In this document: in pieces, positions 1 to 7,704 of the stretch
Position numbering within the stretch: position 1 is the stretch's first letter
Layout: each line of letters starts with the position of its first letter
NCBI GenBank assembly: GCA_045862955.1
Contig: BTVI01000057.1
Span: 1 to 15,716, forward strand
DNA: 15,716 bases
Direction of reading: 5' to 3'
Origin: Fimbriimonadales bacterium
Lineage (GTDB): Bacteria > Armatimonadota > Fimbriimonadia > Fimbriimonadales > JABRVX01
Made by a program: the position numbers and the translations under genes
Notes under the pieces: generated by a model
What the model was told of the DNA's origin: nothing
Databases searched by the model: none
What the model saw: only the letters and a program-made list of their open reading frames with translations

Positions 1-2878
1 GCCTCTTCGCTCGCTCAACGTCTTCCTCAATGCTTTGTCTCAGGCGATTATCTCGCATCAGCACGTGCGCCGACGTGCGCAGCGACGTGCTGAGCGTGTC
101 AAGGGGCTGCCCTGGAGTCGTCTGTGCGTATTCGAACATCCCTCCACCGAACTTTAAGACGCCGCAAGCAATGGCAACTAGAAAGAGCTGCTCCGCTTCG
201 ATCCGACGCAGCTGATAATCTTTGGAAATGACGATGGGGTCCCACTCAACCCCCTTGCGCGACCACGTAGTCGCGGAGTGATTGGCGATGTGCTCCTCGA
301 ACTTGTCACGATATTGCGGCATCGTCGGCGTGAGCCCGGCCACAACTCCTAGCGGGAAGCCCGCGCGTTCACGTACGAACACTACGCGACGAGGGTCGTG
401 CGTATCCTGTCCCTTCACGTTCAGGATGCCTTGCTCGACCGTCTGGAGCGCCTGGGCGACCTCCGGGTACGCGTCGGCCTTTGGGCTGAAGCGGTAGACC
501 CACGCCTTGTTCCCGGTCTCGTAGTGCTGGGCGTCGGCTATGTCAACCTGCAGCAGCAGTTGCGACTGATCAAAAATCCTCTTCAGCTCGTCGTGAGGGC
601 TCCCAACGCGCGTCTTCAACATCTCGAGTACCGAACGCTTGAGCACGACGTCCCGCAGGATCTCTTCGGCGGCTCCCATAAGGCTGTCGCGGTCTCTCTG
701 GCGAGGCACCGCCCGCCGCCGCTTCCGTTCGTCCTCGTTTCCGGGGTCATCGAAGTAGGACCTCCCTGGACGAAACAGGTCATCAGTGAGTTGCCGCCAG
801 GCAGCCAGCACTTGCTTATGGGCTTCCTGCATCGCCTCCTTGAGAGGCATTTTCGCAAACTTCGAGCCTGAGCCCGGCTCGATGAGCTCGTCAAACCCTG
901 CCTTGAACTCCTCGTCCACCGTCCTACCTGGCTCGAACATGCTCGTGCCATGGATATCCGGGCGTTCGTTGGAGAGCGTATTGTCCTCTTCCTCGAGGCG
1001 CTGTTTCACCAGGCGGGCCTGCCCCACGAGGCCATACTGGCTCGTCAACCTCTCCAGAAGACGCTTCACCTCATCGATGATGCCCTCGTACAAGGGCACC
1101 TCTCCGTTCATCTGTACGGTGTCGTCGACGCGACGATCATAGTAGTTCTTCGCGATCTTCGCGTATTGGTCCACGAGCCGCCTAATCGCGGCGCCTCGTA
1201 ACAGCGCTGGACCGAGCGCGGCGTCGTGCGCGCAGGTATCGATCTCACGCTTCACGGCGTTCAATTGCATCAATAACTGATCCACGAGCTGTTGAACGGG
1301 AGTCTTGCTGCCCTCACCGCGGATGGCTCCTAACCGGTCGGAAAGCAGCTTTCGGAGACCCTCCAGAACACACTTAGCTCGGTCCGCCCCGCCGCCCTGG
1401 TAGTCGAGCGCCTCCTCGAAAAGCAAGCGCTCCATGTAACCGCGCAGATCCTTCAGAATCTCGTCGCGAAGCTCGGCCACCCGACCTGCCACAATCTCGT
1501 ACACCTCGCGCGACTCGAACTGCTCGGGCGGCTTGGCGATCCCCGCGGGACGCTCGAAGATCGCTTCCATTTTTTTCTCGAACTCCCACAGTGGGCCGGA
1601 ATTGGCCCTCACAAGACTACAGGCCGCCTGAATCGCGCGACCAATCCTTGCGGCAACCGAGTCCGATCCGCACTCAATCAGTTTCGAAGGAACCTGCGCG
1701 ACATCGAAGCCGATGCCTTCCACAATCCTCTTCATGACCTCGCCGTCCAGCATCTCGAAAGGACTCAGCCACGCCGCGATCGCATGGTGGCACAGCCTTG
1801 ACGTGCAAGCCCGCAGTACCTGGTCTGCCGGATACTCGAGAGAAGCGATCCCGAACGTCATGTATCGCTGAGGGGCCCCATACTTGCTCATATTCTCCAG
1901 ATGCGGGTCTGCGTTGCTCCTCGCCGCGTCCAGCTCCGCATAACCCTGCAGGAACACTTTCGCATACAGGTACTGCGCCACGGCGGTGTTTAGGCGCTCG
2001 CGTTCGGTGTCCGGTGAACCAGAACTGCTCACGAGGTAGACGTGATCGAACGGCGGAGACCCCTCGAACCTGACAGGCCGACCAGGTTTGTGGGCCATCT
2101 GTTGCTCGTACACACTGTCCGGACTGCTGTAGTGGTTCAACTCCGTCAACGCGGAGAACGTGTTCGCCACGTGCTGCGTATTGCCGTATGACACGTGCGG
2201 GAGCGTGAAGATAGCGTCTTGGTATAGATTGTAGCCGCACTCTCGTACTAGATCCCGGAGCATGTATCCGAAGTCAATAAACGCCCCGCTGCAAGTTCCA
2301 CCACACAGCGTGCCTACCACGTACACCTGCACGAACTTCTCCGCTGTGTCGCCGTCACCGAGGTCGATTTTCCATTTGGACTTGTCAAGAGCCTCACCGA
2401 AGCGCTGCGTCGCATCGTGTGAGGTCAGGCCACGCAACGTCTCGATATACGCCTTGACCCTCTCACGCACCGCCGTGAGGTTCTGAGGGTACAAGAATGC
2501 CATGCGGCCGACCATGCGGCAGTTGCCCGCACCGGTTAGGACGTCCTGAATCGCGCTGACTGTCGGCTGGTCGTACCACGATGATAGGCCCATCGTCTCT
2601 TGATAAGCGCTTGGATTCTCGACTAGCGCCTTATACTGCGCCTGCTGGATCGTGATCAGCATTCGGTCCTCTTCGGACAGGAACGTCGAACCCTGATTGG
2701 TTTCGATGCCGAACGCCCTTACCCAAGCAACTTTGTCCCATTTCTGAAGCTCCCATTCGACTCGCTGCACCACCCGATCGCATATCTCCAGCCCGTTCGA
2801 GCCGAGACCGATGAGCAGCGTGCGCCGCGTTGACCAGATCTGGGGTTCTTGGTGTTGAGCTTCATCGACTGCATGCAT
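1..2878 (-). CDS. Large tubulin/FtsZ-like GTPase of the FtsZl1 / Tubulin_2 type, with a long helical C-terminal region; 3'-partial (>=959 aa)
   Basis: Manual translation from ATG 2878 (RBS GAGGTGA upstream): MHAVDEAQHQEPQIWSTRRTLLIGLGSNGLEICDRV...GAGNCRMVGRMAF...VYVVGTLCGGTCSGAFID...ANTFSALTELNHY...PFDHVYLV...YMTFGIASLEYP. These match the Tubulin_2 motifs IGLGGTG, GAGQxRxxGR, GGTGSG, ANxYAAL and PFD. The frame is still open at base 1 (...RQSIEEDVERAKR), which explains its absence from the ORF track. Confidence 0.93.
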   Translation of the reverse strand, partial: MHAVDEAQHQEPQIWSTRRTLLIGLGSNGLEICDRVVQRVEWELQKWDKVAWVRAFGIETNQGSTFLSEEDRMLITIQQAQYKALVENPSAYQETMGLSSWYDQPTVSAIQDVLTGAGNCRMVGRMAFLYPQNLTAVRERVKAYIETLRGLTSHDATQRFGEALDKSKWKIDLGDGDTAEKFVQVYVVGTLCGGTCSGAFIDFGYMLRDLVRECGYNLYQDAIFTLPHVSYGNTQHVANTFSALTELNHYSSPDSVYEQQMAHKPGRPVRFEGSPPFDHVYLVSSSGSPDTERERLNTAVAQYLYAKVFLQGYAELDAARSNADPHLENMSKYGAPQRYMTFGIASLEYPADQVLRACTSRLCHHAIAAWLSPFEMLDGEVMKRIVEGIGFDVAQVPSKLIECGSDSVAARIGRAIQAACSLVRANSGPLWEFEKKMEAIFERPAGIAKPPEQFESREVYEIVAGRVAELRDEILKDLRGYMERLLFEEALDYQGGGADRAKCVLEGLRKLLSDRLGAIRGEGSKTPVQQLVDQLLMQLNAVKREIDTCAHDAALGPALLRGAAIRRLVDQYAKIAKNYYDRRVDDTVQMNGEVPLYEGIIDEVKRLLERLTSQYGLVGQARLVKQRLEEEDNTLSNERPDIHGTSMFEPGRTVDEEFKAGFDELIEPGSGSKFAKMPLKEAMQEAHKQVLAAWRQLTDDLFRPGRSYFDDPGNEDERKRRRAVPRQRDRDSLMGAAEEILRDVVLKRSVLEMLKTRVGSPHDELKRIFDQSQLLLQVDIADAQHYETGNKAWVYRFSPKADAYPEVAQALQTVEQGILNVKGQDTHDPRRVVFVRERAGFPLGVVAGLTPTMPQYRDKFEEHIANHSATTWSRKGVEWDPIVISKDYQLRRIEAEQLFLVAIACGVLKFGGGMFEYAQTTPGQPLDTLSTSLRTSAHVLMRDNRLRQSIEEDVERAKR

Positions 2879-2891
2879 AATATCGGTCACC

Positions 2892-3299
2892 TCACTTCCC
2901 TTTGCCCGAGCCATATCGGGCTGGACGGGTTGCAACGAGAACAAGTCCAAACAAGACACAGCCAACCACGAACACCCATGGCATCCACTGAGGCAGCGAC
3001 GGCTCTGGTATGCCTGCAGCGGCGAACAAGAGCGAGAACATACCGAGCGCCGAGAGGACAGCCCAGCCCGCACACCCGAGCCAGTACCCGATTCTCGCGG
3101 CCGCCGTCGCGGTTAGCCCGAGCCAAAAGAGCAGCCTTCCCAGAACTATGCCGCCGAGCCAAACGGCAATGACTAGGGTTCCGACGAACAACACAAAGGC
3201 TAAGAGCGATTGGCCCATCGCAGCAGCTATGTAGAAGCCCGGCGCCACATGCAACGGGCTCAGGCCGGTGGTTACGCCATCTGTTAGGCAATTCGACAT
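2892..3299 (-). CDS. Small integral membrane protein (~135 aa, about 3-4 hydrophobic segments), function unknown
   Basis: 3' part of track ORF 2892..3461. ATG 3299 is preceded by GAGGTG and lies 16 nt after the upstream stop. Hydrophobic stretches: LLAFVLFVGTLVIAVWLGGIVLG, WLGCAGWAVLSALGMFSLLFAAA, WVFVVGCVLFGLVLV. Confidence 0.8.
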   Translation of the reverse strand: MSNCLTDGVTTGLSPLHVAPGFYIAAAMGQSLLAFVLFVGTLVIAVWLGGIVLGRLLFWLGLTATAAARIGYWLGCAGWAVLSALGMFSLLFAAAGIPEPSLPQWMPWVFVVGCVLFGLVLVATRPARYGSGKGK

Positions 3300-3315
3300 G
3301 AACACCTCGTTTCTT

Positions 3316-4569
3316 TCACAGGACCTGGAGCTCGAGTGGGACCGCCGTCGCAGACGGGTCCAAGTGGGACTGGAGTTGCAGCGAGTGAACTCCCTTACCG
3401 AGCGTGCGTGGGGGCTCGCCGGACGACGCATCCAGTACCGAGACTGAGACTCCTTCCACACGGATGCGCCTGAAACCGCTCGCCACGATGTTCAGAAGCT
3501 GCGCTCCCGACAACCTGGTGTAAGGGCCCTTCTTCGGTAGCACGACGTTGGGCGCCATCGTTGGCTCGGTGTCGGGGCCGTACACCGCCAGTAGGCCACG
3601 GAAATGCGGCCGGAGTCGCTGCGCCGTCGTGCCGCCACAAGCCACATCGACTGGCCAGTAGTAGAAGACAACCGCACCACCGCACGTGACTAACGTCACA
3701 GCCGCAACGAGAATCCAGAGCCACAACCAGCTTGGGCCGTTGCCGCCTTTCCCGCCATTGCCATCATTCGTCTCATCCCCCTTGGAACCTGACGAACCTC
3801 CTGGTGGAGTACGTCGGTCGGCCTCGAACCCGGGAGAACTCGGTTTGTCCGGCATATAGATGTCCACGCTGACTAGCCAGTGCTTCTCGTCACCGTTCAG
3901 CTCGAACAGGTGAACTGGTTGCACGCTCTCCTCCGAGGCTATCCCCGAGCTCTTCAGCGCCTCGAGGTACTGGGGGCTGCGATCACCTACTAACGGAAAC
4001 GAAGGATCGTTTGTGGGGGTGTTGGATGATGGTGTGTTGCTCAGTACCAGGAGCACCCAATCCTTGGTTCCACGCAGCCTTTCCAGAGCCCAAATGGCGG
4101 CCCGTTCCATGTCATGGCCGCCGTCGTAGTTGTCCTCGCCCACCGGATACTTCACGACCGGGTCGGACTCCCTACTGCGAGTGGGAGCACTGATCTTCTT
4201 GTCCTTGCCACCCAGTTCCCCCAGAACGTCCTTCTCCCGCACGTACAGCTGATACGGAACGATAGACATCCGGTCTTCTGCCTTGTTGTCAGCGAACCAC
4301 CACTTTGTTTTCTTTAGTTCGGTGATCAGGCTACGCATGGCATCGCAAGAGCGTGCATCTCGGTTGGCTCCAGCCGGTGTGTAAGCGATAACCCAGTGGA
4401 TAGCATGTTTCTCAATGTCCCAGCCGCGGTCGTCGGCGAGCTTCTTCACCTCACCTATCAGTTTCTCGAATTCCTGCTTCGTGTGGAGGTTGGCCTCACG
4501 GCCAACCTGACTAAGAGCCGAAACACTCAACGAGAGAAGCACTAACAGGGTAGCGATGTGCCGCTTCAT
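3316..4569 (-). CDS. Secreted single-pass membrane protein (417 aa) with a probable degenerate vWA-like extracytoplasmic domain, Gly-rich linker and cytoplasmic tail
   Basis: Signal peptide MKRHIATLLVLLSLSVSALSQ starts 1 nt after the upstream stop. vWA-like pattern HWVIAY...DRMSIVPY...GGHDMERAAIWALERL...WVLLVLSN, then linker GGSSGSKGDETNDGNGGKGGNG and TM WLWLWILVAAVTLVTCGGAVVFYYW. The CDS is secure; the vWA call is inference. Confidence 0.85.
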   Translation of the reverse strand: MKRHIATLLVLLSLSVSALSQVGREANLHTKQEFEKLIGEVKKLADDRGWDIEKHAIHWVIAYTPAGANRDARSCDAMRSLITELKKTKWWFADNKAEDRMSIVPYQLYVREKDVLGELGGKDKKISAPTRSRESDPVVKYPVGEDNYDGGHDMERAAIWALERLRGTKDWVLLVLSNTPSSNTPTNDPSFPLVGDRSPQYLEALKSSGIASEESVQPVHLFELNGDEKHWLVSVDIYMPDKPSSPGFEADRRTPPGGSSGSKGDETNDGNGGKGGNGPSWLWLWILVAAVTLVTCGGAVVFYYWPVDVACGGTTAQRLRPHFRGLLAVYGPDTEPTMAPNVVLPKKGPYTRLSGAQLLNIVASGFRRIRVEGVSVSVLDASSGEPPRTLGKGVHSLQLQSHLDPSATAVPLELQVL

Positions 4570-4570
4570 T

Positions 4571-5968
4571 TCACACCCCCTGTGGCTCATGAATCTGCAC
4601 GCTGTACTGACCGCTGTAATGCTGTACTGTCACGAGCGCGCTCTCCGAGGCAACGAGCCTACACGGTCGGCGCTGGAAGTGGCCGATTTGAGCGCCGAAA
4701 GCACCATTATCAACCTGTTTGTCACAGAATAGGAACCTGCTTCCACGCGTATCGCCTGATTCCCCCACAGCCACAAAGGGATAGGGGACTCCGGCAAACC
4801 GAACTAGGCCGAGTTCGCCTCTTCCTGGACAGTGCAAACGAACAGGCACAGCAAGCGATGGAAGTTCGAATCGGTAGACCAACTGTCCAGCGCCATCAGC
4901 GATATAGAGTACCTTCCCGTCCGTACAGAGCTGGCTTGCGGGGGCGCTAAGGTCGTCGATCTCGCGCGCCTTCATTTCGTGCAGCGAAGAACCCTCTAGC
5001 CGGAGAACCCGGATGACCGCACTCCGACCGCGGTGGGACAGGAGCACGAAGCTCCCATCGTCTAGCGACGCGAGGCGCACCAGACGCTCGTCATCGTAAC
5101 GCTCGAGGAACCTGGCTTCGCAATCTTCGACCCGATACACGGAACCTTCTCGCGTTCCGACCAAGAAACATGAGCTCTTGGGCAATGCGACGACTGGCAA
5201 AACGGTGTTCGCATCCTCGTTTAGCACTATCTTGACCGGCTCACCGTGCCAAGGCAGCGACTGCCGAAGTAGCACGGTCTTCTCGCCGTCGCTTTGAATC
5301 CCAATCCACGTACTCGAGGTAGCCGTCTGGCCGATGCACGAGTAAGGGACCGAGAGCAACTGAGCTCCCGACGCAGCGTCAACGACGTAAACAGACGACT
5401 GAGTTAGCGCGAACAACTGCCCCCCCGCTGCCACGAGTGGGTCTTGACACCGGTCGCTTAAAGGTCCGAGGGTCGATTCGGCATAGATTGTTGCTCCCTT
5501 CTCGTCGAAGAAGCGCAGGAAAGGTGGTCGCGCAGGAGGCTCCACCATCACCACGATAATTCCGGCAACACAGCACAGGGCACGTGCCACTCCCTGGCCC
5601 TTCACCGGCTCACGCGGCTCGAAGTTCGACGACCAGCCAAATCGAACATGGTGGCAGCCGGTCTGCCCTGGACCACAGAGGGCCGAATCTTCGAGGCGGC
5701 AGGCCGCGAGAAGCTGCGCGTGCTGGCACTCTTGGGTGCGGCAGGTGCTCTCATCGAGGCGGTGAAGTCGGCCGCAGCTGCGACATACCGAGAAGTACTT
5801 CCTGCACACGGGGCAGAGGTGTGTCGGCCGACCGTCTGTGAGCAGTGGTACTAGCTCGTTTTCTCCGTGGGGACCATACGGGCACGGCTGAAGAATCGGC
5901 GAGCCGCACTCCACACAGAACCTGGCGCCTTCATAGGCCGCCGAGTGGCCTTGTATGCATCGACCCAT
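4571..5968 (-). CDS. Cys-rich Zn-ribbon N-terminus plus probable beta-propeller protein (~465 aa; alternative TTG start at 6031)
   Basis: MGRCIQGH...ARFCVECG...CP...CPVC...CRSCG...CRTQEC, followed by propeller-like strand repeats (PLVAAGGQLFAL..VYVVDAASG; FLVGTREGSVYRV; LCTDGKVLYIADG). GGAGG RBS upstream of ATG 5968. Confidence 0.85.
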   Translation of the reverse strand: MGRCIQGHSAAYEGARFCVECGSPILQPCPYGPHGENELVPLLTDGRPTHLCPVCRKYFSVCRSCGRLHRLDESTCRTQECQHAQLLAACRLEDSALCGPGQTGCHHVRFGWSSNFEPREPVKGQGVARALCCVAGIIVVMVEPPARPPFLRFFDEKGATIYAESTLGPLSDRCQDPLVAAGGQLFALTQSSVYVVDAASGAQLLSVPYSCIGQTATSSTWIGIQSDGEKTVLLRQSLPWHGEPVKIVLNEDANTVLPVVALPKSSCFLVGTREGSVYRVEDCEARFLERYDDERLVRLASLDDGSFVLLSHRGRSAVIRVLRLEGSSLHEMKAREIDDLSAPASQLCTDGKVLYIADGAGQLVYRFELPSLAVPVRLHCPGRGELGLVRFAGVPYPFVAVGESGDTRGSRFLFCDKQVDNGAFGAQIGHFQRRPCRLVASESALVTVQHYSGQYSVQIHEPQGV

Positions 5969-6027
5969 CGAGTTCGTTTCCCTCCGAACGGCACCGGACG
6001 CGGCTCTGGCGCGGCCTTTGCTTAGTA

Positions 6028-7704
6028 TCAACCATAGATGGATGGCTCGTCATCCTGGGGCGACGTGCTCTTTTCAGAATCTCGTTCCTGGTGGACTGCT
6101 TCCGGCTCCTCCGCGTCGGGCCGAGGGCTCGGGGCAAGTTGCTTCAACTGCGTACCGGGTGTTAACTCGGTACCCAACGGGGCTTCCGTCGAAGCCGGTG
6201 TGGCCTGGTCGCCGACAGAAGCAACCTCTAGGCTGCTCGTTTCCAGTTGATCGGCTGACCGGCTACCGTACACTAGCCGCTGCACCGTGGCCTTACGGAG
6301 TATCTCGCTTCCTCGGCAATAACCGTTCTCAACTACGCGTACAACCAAGTTGTGTCTCGATTCGTCAGTAGTAGTGATCGTCGCTTCGGGTGGCGAATTG
6401 TGCTTGCCAGAATCGAACTTGTCCTTTCCCGGAACTACCGAGAGTGGTCTAATCCCGTGCTTGTCGGCTAGTATCTTCGCCAGGTACCTCCGAAAGCCCT
6501 CCATCTCGGCTTCGACCCACGCTAACTCCGTTGCTTCGCGCTCGTCCAATATTACACGGGACAAAGGCGCGGGTTTCGGGTAGAACACGCACTGGTCAAC
6601 CTTGTCTAGGAAGCGTCCGAGGTCCCCGGAGCTTGCATCGGGCCTCACCAGCTCGTCGTGAAGCTCAAGCAGGTACTTGGCCTTGCGGGTTATGTTGGCT
6701 TCGGCGTAAGCCCGTCCAGACTGGCTAAGCTGGTCGCAGCGTCCCTCGAACTGCTCCAGAACCCAGCGCAACCGATCGTGTGGTTGCAGGTTCGGACCTG
6801 GGATGTACGGGCTTAGCCTGTCGAGCACGTTCTTCTCCACCTGCCCTAGGCGTTGCTCGAGAGAGGCGAACGACCTCTCCAACTGCCTTAGGTCTTGGGC
6901 CACCGAATTGAGGTCCGTCTTAGTGGCGGACTGCGCACTCAGTTCCGACAGCCTCTGTCGCAGCGGCCCCAGTTCGCTACTCCCAAGCTCCTTAAGGATT
7001 TCTTCTTTGAGGGTGTTCAGCCAGCTCTGGACGCTGTCCCCGAGAAGTTTACGCTCGGACGCGACCGTTCCCTCCACCACCTTCAGCGTGCTGGCGAAGT
7101 CATTCTCGAGAGTGCGCCTGTGCTTTTCCATCTCGTCATGAACCTGTGTAGGGAGGCCCCCAAGTTGCTGCTCCACGTACGTGAGCTTCGGCTCGATCTT
7201 CCGGATTAGCTCCTCGATTGCCTCTAGAGTTGCTGGACGCTGAGTGGCAGCGCTGGGAATGCCTCCAACATTATCGGGCCTGCGCCGTCGCCCCCAGATC
7301 AGCCAACAAATCCCGACCGAGATGCCTGCAACTACAATCACAACCAAGACGTCCGGCGCCACTCGCCGAGCAAGGGTAAGCGCTTGCGCAACTACGCTTT
7401 CCGAAGGCTGTGCGCCGGTTCCGCCTGGACCCAGCTTACTGCTCTCTTCAACGTGGGACTTGCTCTCCACGGCCTGGGCCTTCGAGATAGGTGCGCTTCC
7501 CGACCCTCGTTTTGAGGGCGTGCTCTCCGGAGCCCCGGTTCGCGTTTGGTCAGACTGACTGGTTTTCACACCGGGCCCGCCGGGACCGCCCTTTCCACCC
7601 TGGGGAGACTCCCCACAGCCGGCCCCGAAAAGAAGGAGCCAGGTTACCAACAGCGTTGCCACTTTCCAGATTGCAAGCCTAGCCACACTAGAATTCGACC
7701 GCAT
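6028..7704 (-). CDS. Membrane-anchored coiled-coil protein with a C-terminal GrpE-like nucleotide exchange factor domain (~558 aa; start could be 7713 or 7731)
   Basis: N-terminal hydrophobic helix ending LLLFGAGC (lipobox-like), Gly/Ser/Pro linker, TM VLVVIVVAGISVGICWLIW, positive stop-transfer RRRR and a long heptad region. Then GIRPLSVVPGKDKFDSGKH...VVRVVENGYCRGSEILRKATV, matching the GrpE beta-domain pattern G..FDP..H...V..GY....LR.A.V, and an acidic disordered tail. Confidence 0.85.
   Translation of the reverse strand: MRSNSSVARLAIWKVATLLVTWLLLFGAGCGESPQGGKGGPGGPGVKTSQSDQTRTGAPESTPSKRGSGSAPISKAQAVESKSHVEESSKLGPGGTGAQPSESVVAQALTLARRVAPDVLVVIVVAGISVGICWLIWGRRRRPDNVGGIPSAATQRPATLEAIEELIRKIEPKLTYVEQQLGGLPTQVHDEMEKHRRTLENDFASTLKVVEGTVASERKLLGDSVQSWLNTLKEEILKELGSSELGPLRQRLSELSAQSATKTDLNSVAQDLRQLERSFASLEQRLGQVEKNVLDRLSPYIPGPNLQPHDRLRWVLEQFEGRCDQLSQSGRAYAEANITRKAKYLLELHDELVRPDASSGDLGRFLDKVDQCVFYPKPAPLSRVILDEREATELAWVEAEMEGFRRYLAKILADKHGIRPLSVVPGKDKFDSGKHNSPPEATITTTDESRHNLVVRVVENGYCRGSEILRKATVQRLVYGSRSADQLETSSLEVASVGDQATPASTEAPLGTELTPGTQLKQLAPSPRPDAEEPEAVHQERDSEKSTSPQDDEPSIYG

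Noticed and set aside
1..2878. Cell-division ftsZ
   Set aside because: It is over 950 aa, has Tubulin_2-type motifs and has no dcw cluster context.
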